Of a DNA stretch of 33,560 nt, positions 9,642 to 18,537 are shown one piece after another. The position numbers and the translations under genes are program-made. Each line of letters starts with the position of its first letter. Positions within the stretch are counted from its first letter, which is position 1. Source of the DNA: Patescibacteria group bacterium (GTDB lineage: Bacteria > Patescibacteriota > Minisyncoccia > Phycocordibacterales > UBA9973). Below the pieces are notes generated by a model that worked only from the letters and a program-made list of their open reading frames with translations, did not search any database and had not been told where the DNA came from. The stretch lies in contig JAHJBA010000057.1 in NCBI GenBank assembly GCA_018813625.1, positions 1 through 33,560 of the forward strand, given 5' to 3'.

Positions 9642-9654
9642 TAATAAAAAAATC

Positions 9655-10146
9655 ATGAAAGCATTTTTAAAAAATTACAGACAATCTCCTAGAAAAGTTC
9701 GCTTAGTTGCAGGACTCATTAAGGGCAAGGATGTTGCGAGGGCTATCGTTGAGCTTGATTTTTTAGTGAAGCGCGCAGGAGACCCGATCAAAAAACTTTT
9801 ACTTTCTGCTGTTGCGAATGCTAGTCAGATGGGAAAGGAAAAAGAAAATTTATTTATAAAGGAAGTGCGAGTTGATAAGGGAATAGTTATGAAAAGAATA
9901 ATGCCAGCCGCCATGGGGTCAGCACATAGGATTAACAAACGCACGAGTCATATAATCCTGACTCTTGGAGAGAAGGGGGAAAAAATGATAAAAAACAAAA
10001 AAGAAGAGAAAAAAAATTTAAAAACAAAAGAGGGGAAAAAGCCCATAAAAGATGTTTTAGACAGCAATATTAAAAAAGAAGTCAAAAAAACAGCTAAAAA
10101 AGAAGTCAAAAAAGTCGTAAAAAAGGTAGTAACCAAGAAAAAATAA
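9655..10146 (+). CDS. rplV: 50S ribosomal protein uL22 with a Lys-rich C-terminal extension
   Basis: SPRKVRLVA, SAVANA, KRTSHI. Confidence 0.97.
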   Translation: MKAFLKNYRQSPRKVRLVAGLIKGKDVARAIVELDFLVKRAGDPIKKLLLSAVANASQMGKEKENLFIKEVRVDKGIVMKRIMPAAMGSAHRINKRTSHIILTLGEKGEKMIKNKKEEKKNLKTKEGKKPIKDVLDSNIKKEVKKTAKKEVKKVVKKVVTKKK

Positions 10147-10150
10147 TTAT

Positions 10151-10825
10151 ATGTCAAAGATAGTTCATCCATATGCACATAGATTGATTATTTTAAGGGA
10201 CTGGAAGTCTCGCTGGTTTGCTGATCATAAAAAATATTGCGACTATCTTAAAAGCGACGTTCTTTTGCGTGAATATTTAGAGAAGAAATTACGTGGCATG
10301 CATGTTTCTTCTATTGAGATTGAAAGGAGCAGGAAAGCTACACGCTTCATTATTAAAACTTCTCGTCCGGGTCTTATAATTGGAAGGAACGGGGAAGGTG
10401 CGACCAAATTAAAAGAAGATATCCTGAGTAAGATGAATAAGCTAAATCTTCAAAAGGCTGAAGATTTTAAGCTTGAAATTGTAGAAATTGCAAATCCAGA
10501 AGCGGATGCATCAATTGTCGCATATATGATAGCCGAAGGTTTAGAAAAAAGAATGCCGTATCGTCGGGTCATCAAACAAGTTATTGAAAAAGTTATGGCA
10601 ACTCATGGAGTTGAGGGGGCACGCATAGTACTTTCCGGTAGGTTGGGAGGGGCTGAGATAGCTCGCACAGAAGAACTGAAGCGCGGATCTATCCCTCTTC
10701 AAACTTTTCGTGCGGATATCGATTTCAGGAGAGAAAGAGCGCACTTGCCCTATGGTGATATAGGTATAAAGGTTTGGATTTATCGTGGCAAAATCTTTGC
10801 AGACAAAAAAAAGAAGGAAAATTAA
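10151..10825 (+). CDS. rpsC: 30S ribosomal protein uS3
   Basis: RPGLIIGR, SGRLGGAEIARTE, PLQTFRADID, GIKVWIY. Confidence 0.99.
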   Translation: MSKIVHPYAHRLIILRDWKSRWFADHKKYCDYLKSDVLLREYLEKKLRGMHVSSIEIERSRKATRFIIKTSRPGLIIGRNGEGATKLKEDILSKMNKLNLQKAEDFKLEIVEIANPEADASIVAYMIAEGLEKRMPYRRVIKQVIEKVMATHGVEGARIVLSGRLGGAEIARTEELKRGSIPLQTFRADIDFRRERAHLPYGDIGIKVWIYRGKIFADKKKKEN

Positions 10826-10841
10826 GAATTAATTAAACAAC

Positions 10842-11267
10842 ATGTTATTACCAAAGAAAGTAAAATTTAGAAAATGGCATACCGGACGCTTAAATCCAAA
10901 AGCTATGACGCCAGAAACCAGGGGGACGAAGCTTGCCTTCGGTTCTTTTGGGCTTAAGGCTGAGACTCAATCTCGTGTAAAATCAAACCAGATCGAATCT
11001 GCCAGAAAGGTTATATCTCGTACGCTTACTAAGGCTGGTAAATATTGGATACGTATTTTCCCAGATCGTCCCTATACTGCAAAAGCAGCAGAGGTAGGAA
11101 TGGGAAAGGGAAAAGGAGACCCGCAGGGATATTGTTTTGAAGTTTTTCCGGGACGTATTCTTTTTGAAGTTGATGGAGTTGAAGGATCGATTGCAAAAGA
11201 AGCCCTAAGAAAAGCTGGTACGAAGCTTCCGCTTAAGACTAGGATTATTTCAAGATCTAATAAATAA
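10842..11267 (+). CDS. rplP: 50S ribosomal protein uL16
   Basis: MLLPKKVKFRK, WIRIFPD, MGKGKG. Confidence 0.98.
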   Translation: MLLPKKVKFRKWHTGRLNPKAMTPETRGTKLAFGSFGLKAETQSRVKSNQIESARKVISRTLTKAGKYWIRIFPDRPYTAKAAEVGMGKGKGDPQGYCFEVFPGRILFEVDGVEGSIAKEALRKAGTKLPLKTRIISRSNK

Positions 11268-11275
11268 TATTTATT

Positions 11276-11476
11276 ATGGCAAAAAAAGATGAAAATTTAA
11301 AAGGGATGAACCAAGAAGAGCTAAAAATAAAGCTCGCTGATCTGAGAGAGAGTATTAGAGTTTTGCGGTTTAAAATGGAAGGTTCAAAGTCAAAGAATGT
11401 TAAATTACTCGGATCTCTCAGAAAGCAAGTAGCGAGAGTGTTAACAGAAATAAATAAAAATAATAAAAAGAAATAA
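11276..11476 (+). CDS. rpmC: 50S ribosomal protein uL29
   Basis: LRKQVARVLT; position between rplP and rpsQ. Confidence 0.93.
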   Translation: MAKKDENLKGMNQEELKIKLADLRESIRVLRFKMEGSKSKNVKLLGSLRKQVARVLTEINKNNKKK

Positions 11477-11479
11477 TAT

Positions 11480-11761
11480 ATGGATACAAAGGCAACAAAA
11501 AAAGAAAAGAAAAAAGGAGGGAGTATTTTAAGGGGGGTGGTTATTTCTGACAAGATGAATAAAACCATTGTTGTTTCTGTTTCGAGGTTTTTAAAGCATC
11601 CTAAATATGGAAAGTTTTATAAGATTAGCAAGAAATATAAAGCACACGATGAAGATAATAAATATAAGACAGGAGACAAAGTGGAAATAGTTGAAACTAG
11701 GCCGATTTCAAAAGATAAAAAATTTAAAGTAATTAACCACGCCAAGGCGGGACAAGAATAA
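11480..11761 (+). CDS. rpsQ: 30S ribosomal protein uS17
   Basis: [24 protein letters not shown]. Confidence 0.98.
   Translation: MDTKATKKEKKKGGSILRGVVISDKMNKTIVVSVSRFLKHPKYGKFYKISKKYKAHDEDNKYKTGDKVEIVETRPISKDKKFKVINHAKAGQE
11737..11756 (-). mobile_element. miniature family-B-like hairpin inserted in the rpsQ 3' end
   Basis: Minus strand CTTGTCCCGCCTTGGCGTGG shares the CTTGTCCCG end and bulged-T stem with family B. Confidence 0.55.
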
Positions 11762-11765
11762 TTTT

Positions 11766-12137
11766 ATGATTCAACCAGAAACATTAGTTAAAATAACAGA
11801 CAACGCAGGAGGTACTCTCGGAAAAGTCTTTAAGGTCTTAGGGTCTGCGCATAAAAGATATGCCACTTTAGGTGAAAGGGTTATTATTTCCGTAAAGGTT
11901 GCTCAGCCTAGAAAGGCCGTAAAGAAAAAAGATGTATGTCAGGCAGTCGTAGTGAGAACTAGGAATGCTTATAGAAGAAAAGATGGATCTTATATTCGTT
12001 TTGATGATAATGCTGTGGTAATTTTAGAAAAAGGGAAGCAAGATCCAAAGGCAGGTCGTATTTTTGGTCCAATACCGAGAGAATTGGCGGAAAAGGGTTT
12101 TCAGAAGATAGTTTCTTTGGCGCCAGAGGTAATTTAA
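11766..12137 (+). CDS. rplN: 50S ribosomal protein uL14
   Basis: RKDGSYIRFDDNAVV, RIFGP, KIVSLAPEV. Confidence 0.99.
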   Translation: MIQPETLVKITDNAGGTLGKVFKVLGSAHKRYATLGERVIISVKVAQPRKAVKKKDVCQAVVVRTRNAYRRKDGSYIRFDDNAVVILEKGKQDPKAGRIFGPIPRELAEKGFQKIVSLAPEVI

Positions 12138-12156
12138 TAAGTTTTAATATTTAAAA

Positions 12157-12462
12157 ATGAAATTAAGAAAAGGAGACAATGTAATAGTGATGGCTGGAAA
12201 GGATAAAGGCAAAAAGGGTAAAATTATCCGTGTTTTAGTTGAAAAAAATAAAGTTGTGGTGGAAGGCGCCAACATGACAAAGAAACATCAGCGTCCAAAG
12301 AAATCCGGGGAGAAAGGACAAATAATAAGTATTGCGATGCCTATACATGCATCGAATGTTATGATAGTGGATCCTAAAAGTGGAAAGGGTTCGCGCATTG
12401 GAAAGAAAAAAGTTGGTGATAAAATGATTCGCATTGCACGTAAAAGTAACCAAGAAATCTAA
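12157..12462 (+). CDS. rplX: 50S ribosomal protein uL24
   Basis: KGDNVIVMAGKDKGK KOW motif, PIHASNV. Confidence 0.98.
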   Translation: MKLRKGDNVIVMAGKDKGKKGKIIRVLVEKNKVVVEGANMTKKHQRPKKSGEKGQIISIAMPIHASNVMIVDPKSGKGSRIGKKKVGDKMIRIARKSNQEI

Positions 12463-12469
12463 TTAAAAT

Positions 12470-13033
12470 ATGAAACATTTAACTGTAAAAGAAAAAGAGG
12501 CACATGTATTTGAAAAAATGAAAGGAGCTTTTCATTATAAAAATGCTATGGCTGCTCCAAAACTAAAGAAGATAGTTTTAAATGTTGGCACAGGCACAGC
12601 TGTTAAAAAAGATAAAAATAAAAATGAAGCAATAGCAGAACGCTTAACTAAAATTACGGGACAAAAACCTGCCCTACGCGGGGCCAAGCAATCCATTTCT
12701 TCTTTCAAAATTCGCCAGGGTGATCCAGTTGGAATAATGGTTACACTTCGCGGGAAGAGAATGTACGCCTTTTTAGAAAAATTGATTAATATTGCACTTC
12801 CTCGCACGAAGGACTTTCGTGGAATTAATAGAAAGGCAGTTGATAATGTCGGAAATCTAACTCTTGGCATTAAGGAACACACAATTTTCCCAGAAACAGC
12901 AGACGAGGATATCAAAGATGTTTTTGGTCTTTCTGTTGCTTTAGTTTCTTCTGCTAAGTCAAAAGGTGAGGCTTTTACTTTCTATGAACTTCTTGGTATT
13001 CCTTTTAAAAAGGAAGACGAAAAGAAGAAATAA
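12470..13033 (+). CDS. rplE: 50S ribosomal protein uL5
   Basis: ITGQKP, VTLRG, LPRTKDFRG, IFPE. Confidence 0.98.
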   Translation: MKHLTVKEKEAHVFEKMKGAFHYKNAMAAPKLKKIVLNVGTGTAVKKDKNKNEAIAERLTKITGQKPALRGAKQSISSFKIRQGDPVGIMVTLRGKRMYAFLEKLINIALPRTKDFRGINRKAVDNVGNLTLGIKEHTIFPETADEDIKDVFGLSVALVSSAKSKGEAFTFYELLGIPFKKEDEKKK

Positions 13034-13043
13034 GATTTTTTTA

Positions 13044-13099
13044 AAAGGCTCCCCAAGGGAGTCTTTCTGTTTGACTAATTCTGAGCTTTTTGATAGGAT
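13044..13099 (+). promoter_or_regulatory. terminator fused to an internal promoter, between rplE and rpsN
   Basis: GGCTCCC-CAA-GGGAGTC plus T-rich tract, then TTGACT(13071)-17-TAGGAT(13094). Confidence 0.7.
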
Positions 13100-13105
13100 A
13101 TATGG

Positions 13106-13194
13106 GTCTGGGATATTAGGTCTGATCTGTGTTTCTCCTTAAGGCTTTTAATAAGGTTTTAAGAAAAAACACAAGATATCACCTATAAACAGAC
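13106..13194 (+). promoter_or_regulatory. candidate structured 5' leader RNA of rpsN-rpsH
   Basis: Nested pairings GTCTG/CAGAC, TAGGT/ACCTA, GTGTTT/AAACAC and CTTAAGGCTTT/AAGGTTTTAAG. Confidence 0.55.
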
Positions 13195-13205
13195 GATATT
13201 TATTT

Positions 13206-13391
13206 ATGGCAAAAACATCAGTAGTAGCTAGATCAAAAAAGAAACCAAAATTTTCAAGCCGAGCCAAAAATCGATGTTTTCGCTGTGGGCGAGGAAATGG
13301 TTTTATGAGGGACTTTGGTCTTTGTCGTATTTGTTTCAGAGAATTGGCAAACGAGGGAATGTTGCCTGGAGTAAGAAAGTCTTCTTGGTAA
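13206..13391 (+). CDS. rpsN: 30S ribosomal protein uS14, short Zn-binding (C+) type
   Basis: 61 aa, CFRC...CRIC, GVRKSSW. Confidence 0.98.
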   Translation: MAKTSVVARSKKKPKFSSRAKNRCFRCGRGNGFMRDFGLCRICFRELANEGMLPGVRKSSW

Positions 13392-13401
13392 AAATAAATT
13401 T

Positions 13402-13788
13402 ATGGATTCAATTTCAAACATGATAATAATGATGAAAAACGCAAGCTTGGCAGGCAAGGAGTCTGTTTCTTTTCCATCTTCGAAGATAAAGAGTGCAATT
13501 TCAGAATGTTTAAAAAAGGAAGGTTTTATTTCCTCTGTTTCGAAGAAAGTTAAAGGGGGAATTCCCGTGATTGAAGTTGGATTAATTTATGTTGATAAAA
13601 AACCAAAAATTACGGAAGTGGAAAGAATCTCAAAACAATCAAGGAGGGTTTATTTTGGAGTGAAGGATATTCATACAATCAGGAATGGATTTGGCCTTCT
13701 TGTTCTTTCGACGCCAAAGGGCATTTTATCAGGGAAAGAAGCAAGAAAAGAACAGGTCGGAGGTGAAGCTTTATTTAAAATTTGGTAG
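13402..13788 (+). CDS. rpsH: 30S ribosomal protein uS8
   Basis: LKKEGFI, LSTPKGI, VGGE. Confidence 0.97.
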   Translation: MDSISNMIIMMKNASLAGKESVSFPSSKIKSAISECLKKEGFISSVSKKVKGGIPVIEVGLIYVDKKPKITEVERISKQSRRVYFGVKDIHTIRNGFGLLVLSTPKGILSGKEARKEQVGGEALFKIW

Positions 13789-13818
13789 TTCGATTAACTC
13801 ACTATAAATAAAAATTTT

Positions 13819-14352
13819 ATGTCAAGAATAGGCAAACAAGAAATACAAATACCGACAGGAGTGGAAGTAAGCCGAGATGGTGCTATTTTGACAGTTAAGG
13901 GCCCAAAGGGGACGCTTTCAAAAAACTTTAGAGATGAAGTTGAGATAAAAATTGCTGATGGAACAATAATCCTGAATGTTAAAAGAAATGATAAATTTTC
14001 AAAATCTCTTTGGGGGACATACGCTTCCCATATTAAAAACATGATTACTGGAGTGCAAGTTCCGTATCAAAAGAAATTAATTTTAGAGGGAGTAGGATTC
14101 AAGTCGGAAGTTAAGGGAAAGGAACTGCACCTTGCTTTAGGATTTTCTCATCCGGTTGTGGTAAAAATACCTGAAGACATTACGGTTACAGCAGAAAAAA
14201 ATAATATTACTGTTTCAGGGATTGATAAAGAATTAGTTGGAAGTTTTACTGCTGGTGTTCGAGCACTTAAGAAGCCAGAACCATACAAGGGCAAGGGAAT
14301 GCGTTATGAAGATGAAGTAATTAGACGCAAGCAGGGGAAAAAGACAGTATAG
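13819..14352 (+). CDS. rplF: 50S ribosomal protein uL6
   Basis: MSRIGK, LGFSHP, PEPYKGKG. Confidence 0.99.
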   Translation: MSRIGKQEIQIPTGVEVSRDGAILTVKGPKGTLSKNFRDEVEIKIADGTIILNVKRNDKFSKSLWGTYASHIKNMITGVQVPYQKKLILEGVGFKSEVKGKELHLALGFSHPVVVKIPEDITVTAEKNNITVSGIDKELVGSFTAGVRALKKPEPYKGKGMRYEDEVIRRKQGKKTV

Positions 14353-14380
14353 GTAGTTAAAAATTATAAATTCTAAAAAT

Positions 14381-14722
14381 ATGGTCAAGAAAAATGACAA
14401 AAGAATAAGACTGAAGAAAAAGATTAAAGCAAAAATTTTAGGCACTTCGGAGCGCCCAAGATTATCTGTATTTCGGTCAAATAGATTTGTCTATGCGCAA
14501 ATTATTGACGATATTGCAAAAAAGACCTTAGTTCAAGCTAGTGATATTAAAGTGAAGAAGGGTACAAAAACAGATAGAGCAAAACAGGTTGGTAAAATGA
14601 TTGCTGAAGTTGCTCTTAGTAAAAAAATAAAAAAGGTTGTCTTTGATAGAAATGGGTTTAAGTATACTGGGCGAATAAAATTAATAGCTGACGAAGCTAG
14701 GGCAAATGGCCTTAAATTTTAA
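14381..14722 (+). CDS. rplR: 50S ribosomal protein uL18
   Basis: RPRLSVFRSN, VVFDRNGFKYTGR. Confidence 0.98.
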   Translation: MVKKNDKRIRLKKKIKAKILGTSERPRLSVFRSNRFVYAQIIDDIAKKTLVQASDIKVKKGTKTDRAKQVGKMIAEVALSKKIKKVVFDRNGFKYTGRIKLIADEARANGLKF

Positions 14723-14730
14723 TTAAATAT

Positions 14731-15303
14731 ATGGAAAAAACAAATGAAAAAAAGAATAATCGTCGGACTTCTTCTTTTAGTAAACCAAAACCTGAATTTG
14801 ATCAGAAAATTGTGGATATCCGTCGTGTAACTCGTGTGGTTGCTGGCGGACGTAGATTTTCTTTTAGTGTTGTATTGGTGGCGGGAGACAGAAAAGGATC
14901 TATTGGTCTTGGGTTAGGAAAGGCGGGAGACACCTCTTTGGCGATAAACAAAGCCCTCAGAAATGCTAAGAAAAATATGATAAAACTTAACTTAACAAAA
15001 ACAATGTCAATTCCGCACGAACTTTCCGCAAAATTTTCAAGTTCAAGTATAATTATTATACCCAACAAAGGACGTGGCCTTGTAGCAGGCTCAGTGATTC
15101 GTGACATTGTTAAGTTAGCTGGGATTAAGGATATTACTGGAAAAATCTTATCTGGCAGTAAAAACAAGCTTAATAATGCTAAGGCTGTTATGACAGCACT
15201 TTCTATTATTTCTAGCAAGTATTCAAAGCCCATATTGAGGGAAGAGGAGAACGAGAAAAATGTTTTGAAGGGCGATTTAGCAGAAGTCGAGGAAGATAAA
15301 TAA
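14731..15303 (+). CDS. rpsE: 30S ribosomal protein uS5
   Basis: RVTRVVAGGRRFSF, GLGKA. Confidence 0.98.
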   Translation: MEKTNEKKNNRRTSSFSKPKPEFDQKIVDIRRVTRVVAGGRRFSFSVVLVAGDRKGSIGLGLGKAGDTSLAINKALRNAKKNMIKLNLTKTMSIPHELSAKFSSSSIIIIPNKGRGLVAGSVIRDIVKLAGIKDITGKILSGSKNKLNNAKAVMTALSIISSKYSKPILREEENEKNVLKGDLAEVEEDK

Positions 15304-15307
15304 ATTT

Positions 15308-15379
15308 TACTTGTCCCGTACTAAATTTTTGATTACGGGGCATAACAATGAAGATTATTAATAAAATTTTAGTACTGGG
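15308..15379 (+). mobile_element. family B hairpin insert, copy B2, abutting the rplO ATG
   Basis: TACTTGTCCCGTACTAAATTTTTG...AAAATTTTAGTACTGGG-ATG. Confidence 0.85.
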
Positions 15380-15817
15380 ATGCAGATACATAATTTAAAA
15401 AGACAACATAAGAACAAAAAAGATCGCATGGTTGGCCGTGGAGGAAAACATGCAAAAACATCGGGTCGTGGAGGTAAGGGGCAGACCGCAAGGGCTGGCA
15501 ATAAGCGACGTCCGGAATTACGTGATATCATAAAAAAATTACCGAAAAACCGTGGATATAAATTTAATTCTTTTCAAATAAAACCGGTTGGTGTTTCGTT
15601 TGATAAAATAATGGGAGCATATTCGAATGGTGGGACAGTTGACCCTATTAGTCTACTTGAATTGAAGATAATAAGTAAAAAGAAAGGGATTGTTCCAAAA
15701 GTTAAAATTTTGAACGGCAAAAAAGACTTTAACTTAAAAATAAAAATTTCAAAGTGTTTTGTTTCTGATTCTGTTAAAAAAAAGATAGCAGAATTGGGCG
15801 GAGAAATTGAACTATAA
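15380..15817 (+). CDS. rplO: 50S ribosomal protein uL15
   Basis: VGRGG..KTSGRGGKGQTARAG, KLPK.RG. Confidence 0.96.
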   Translation: MQIHNLKRQHKNKKDRMVGRGGKHAKTSGRGGKGQTARAGNKRRPELRDIIKKLPKNRGYKFNSFQIKPVGVSFDKIMGAYSNGGTVDPISLLELKIISKKKGIVPKVKILNGKKDFNLKIKISKCFVSDSVKKKIAELGGEIEL

Positions 15818-15821
15818 AAAT

Positions 15822-17093
15822 ATGCAAAATTTTCTTAAAAAAATAAAATTAGTTTGGACAGATCATTCTTTGCGAAAAAAGATTTTATTTGTGCTTCTTT
15901 CTTTAGTTGCTTTTAGATTACTTGCTTCGATTCCCATACCGGGAATCGATACACTAGAGCTTGATAGGTTTTTGACCAATAATCAGTTTTTTGGTATTTT
16001 AAATATATTTTCTGGAGGAGGACTTTCCAATCTTTCTATAATAATGCTTGGCGTCGGTCCATACATTACAAGCTCAATTATTATGCAGTTGCTTACTATT
16101 ATGGTTCCGGCTTTAAAAAAGCTTTACCACGAAGAAGGGGAGCTGGGAAAGAAAAAATTTACCCAGTATTCGAGGATTCTTACTGTCCCATTGGCAGCTA
16201 TTCAAGGTTTTAGTCTTTTGGCGATTTTAGAGGGTCAGAAGATTTTAGTTAATCTAACTTTATTTGACAGGGTAACAAATTTGATTATTGTGGTTGCTGG
16301 CTCAATGCTTCTAATGTGGATAGGTGAGCTTATCTCAGAATTTGGTATTGGTAATGGAGTTTCCCTCTTAATTTTTGCTGGTATAATAGCTGGTATTCCG
16401 TCACATGTGAGTCAGCTTATTTTTACTTTTGATGTTTCTCAAATTCCTCTTTATATTTTATTTATTGCCGTTGGGGCGCTTGTTGTTGCTGGAGTTGTTG
16501 TTGTCACGGAGGCGGAGCGTCCAATTCCTGTAACCTATGCAAAGCGTGTAAGGGGAATGAAAATGTATGGGGGTGGTTCAACATATTTACCGCTTCGCGT
16601 AAATCAGGCTGGGGTTATTCCAATAATTTTTGCACTTTCTATTTTACTCTTTCCGCAGATGATAGGTAATTTTTTGGCTGGCTCAACTAACGCAGTTGTA
16701 ATGAAAATTTCTCATGCATTAGTTTCGTTTTCACAAACAGGCTTGTTATATGCTGTTCTGTATTTTATATTAGTATTTTTATTTACTTATTTTTATACTG
16801 CAGTTACTTTTGACCCAGAGGCTCTTTCTACTAATTTACAAAAAAACGGGGCTTTTATTCCGGGCATTCGACCAGGTGCTTCTACTTCAGCTTATATTTC
16901 AAAGGTTTTAAATCGTATTACCATGATGGGAGCAATATTTTTGGGTGTAATTGCAATCCTTCCTTTAATTATGCGTGCGATGACAGGTATTACGGCCATA
17001 GCTCTCGGCGGAACGGCACTTCTCATTGTGGTTTCTGTTGTTCTTGATTTGATCAAAAAAGTGGACGCGCAAATCTCGATGCGGGAGTATTAA
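15822..17093 (+). CDS. secY: preprotein translocase SecY
   Basis: LGVGPYITSSIIMQLL, GIGNGVSL, FIPGIRPG and GGTALLIVV; multiple TM helices. Confidence 0.99.
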   Translation: MQNFLKKIKLVWTDHSLRKKILFVLLSLVAFRLLASIPIPGIDTLELDRFLTNNQFFGILNIFSGGGLSNLSIIMLGVGPYITSSIIMQLLTIMVPALKKLYHEEGELGKKKFTQYSRILTVPLAAIQGFSLLAILEGQKILVNLTLFDRVTNLIIVVAGSMLLMWIGELISEFGIGNGVSLLIFAGIIAGIPSHVSQLIFTFDVSQIPLYILFIAVGALVVAGVVVVTEAERPIPVTYAKRVRGMKMYGGGSTYLPLRVNQAGVIPIIFALSILLFPQMIGNFLAGSTNAVVMKISHALVSFSQTGLLYAVLYFILVFLFTYFYTAVTFDPEALSTNLQKNGAFIPGIRPGASTSAYISKVLNRITMMGAIFLGVIAILPLIMRAMTGITAIALGGTALLIVVSVVLDLIKKVDAQISMREY

Positions 17094-17100
17094 TTTTTGA

Positions 17101-17163
17101 CCTGGTAGTGAATTTTGATGATATTTAAATGCGTTTTGCGCGTCATCAAAATCTACTACCGGG
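17101..17163 (+). mobile_element. family C hairpin insert, copy C3, at the adk -35 box
   Basis: TTGA(17097)-CCTGGTAGTGAATTTTGATGA...TCATCAAAATCTACTACCGGG-TTGA(17164); TTGATT-17-TATTCT follows. Confidence 0.8.
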
Positions 17164-17198
17164 TTGATTATTTTCTAAAAAGTGTGTATTCTTTTGAT

Positions 17199-17783
17199 AT
17201 GAATTCAAAAGCTTTTTTGTTTTTTGGACGATCGGGGTGTGGAAAAGGCACCCAAGCTAAACTCTTGGCAGATTTTTTAAGGGATAAAGGGAGAAAGGTG
17301 GTTTATGTGGAGACAGGGGGTCGGTTTCGAGAATTTATGAAAAAAGAAAGTTATTCTAGTCAATTGACACAAAATATTTTACATGAAGGAGGTTTGTTGC
17401 CGGTTTTTTTACCTATCTGGCTTTGGACCAATATTTTGGTTGATAATTTTTCTGGTGAAGAGGATTTAATTTTAGATGGATTATGCAGGAGAAAAGAGGA
17501 ATCAATGGCACTTGATTCTGCTTTTGATTTTTATAAAATCGAGAGACCGAATATCATTTTAATGAATGTCTCTAGAGAATGGTCTTTTGATAGAATGATG
17601 AAAAGAAAGCGCCCAGATGACACGCCGGAGAAGATACAAAATCGCCTAGATTGGTTTACAAAAGATGTTATGCCTGCGATTGATTATTTTCGTGAGAAGC
17701 CGGAATGTAATTTTATTGAAGTAAACGGAGAACAGTCTATTGAAGACGTGCACAAGGATATCATTAAAGCCTTAGGACTGTAA
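17199..17783 (+). CDS. adk: adenylate kinase family NMP kinase (short LID)
   Basis: GRSGCGKGTQA P-loop, ILDG.CR, RPDD; follows secY. Confidence 0.9.
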   Translation: MNSKAFLFFGRSGCGKGTQAKLLADFLRDKGRKVVYVETGGRFREFMKKESYSSQLTQNILHEGGLLPVFLPIWLWTNILVDNFSGEEDLILDGLCRRKEESMALDSAFDFYKIERPNIILMNVSREWSFDRMMKRKRPDDTPEKIQNRLDWFTKDVMPAIDYFREKPECNFIEVNGEQSIEDVHKDIIKALGL

Positions 17784-17856
17784 TACTTGTCCCGTATGAA
17801 ATTTTTGATTAAACGAAATAAAGATGAATACAAAAAATAAAAATTTTCATACTGGG
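17784..17856 (+). mobile_element. family B hairpin insert, copy B3 (divergent), abutting the pyrH ATG
   Basis: TACTTGTCCCGTATGAAATTTTTG...AAAAATTTTCATACTGGG-ATG; compensatory stem changes relative to the other copies. Confidence 0.8.
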
Positions 17857-18537
17857 ATGGAAGAAATAATAATCATTTCACTCGGAGGTTCACTCATTAT
17901 TCCCGATCAGATAGATGTGGATTTTTTGAAAGACTTCAAAAATCTGATTCTTTTGCATATTTCACAAGGGAAAAAATTTATAATCATAACCGGCGGTGGA
18001 AAGATCTGCAGAAGGTATCAAGAAGTTGCTAAAGAAATTTCGAATCCCTCAAATGAAGACTTAGATTGGATAGGGATTGCTTCTCTTAAACTAAATGCGG
18101 AACTGCTCAGGGTTATTTTTAGTGAAAAGGCACACGAAAAAGTTGTTAGTGATCCACACCAGAAATTGTCTTTTGAAAAGCCGATTATCATTTGTTCAGC
18201 TTATAAGCCTGGAAGGAGTACGGATTGGGATACCGTGATAGTGGCCAAGAATGTTGGTGCCAAAAAAGTAATCAATCTTTCGAACATTGACTATGTTTAT
18301 GATTCTGACCCGAAGATAAACCCAAATGCTAAAAAGATAGAAAAGATATCTTGGGCGGAATATCGTTCAATTATCCCAAAAGAATGGAATCCAGGCTTAA
18401 ATACTCCTTTTGACCCTATTGCTTCAGAAATGGCTGAAAAAGAGGGAATGCAGGTCGTAATTATGAACGGCAAGCCAGTGAGTAATTTAGCTAAGTGTTT
18501 GAATGGCGAGAAGTTTCTTGGAACGATAATAGAATGA
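17857..18537 (+). CDS. pyrH: UMP kinase, archaeal-like amino-acid-kinase family
   Basis: ISLGGS, TGGGKICRRY, DWIGI, STD, VYDSDP, PFDPIA. Confidence 0.9.
   Translation: MEEIIIISLGGSLIIPDQIDVDFLKDFKNLILLHISQGKKFIIITGGGKICRRYQEVAKEISNPSNEDLDWIGIASLKLNAELLRVIFSEKAHEKVVSDPHQKLSFEKPIIICSAYKPGRSTDWDTVIVAKNVGAKKVINLSNIDYVYDSDPKINPNAKKIEKISWAEYRSIIPKEWNPGLNTPFDPIASEMAEKEGMQVVIMNGKPVSNLAKCLNGEKFLGTIIE

Noticed and set aside
15304..15379. Absence of rpmD (uL30) as a novelty, or as a deletion caused by B2
   Set aside because: uL30 loss is an established CPR-wide trait, and B copies occur at other gene starts too
17115..17198. N-terminal extension of Adk in the ORF track
   Set aside because: It runs through insert C3 and the promoter; ATG 17199 fits the P-loop position
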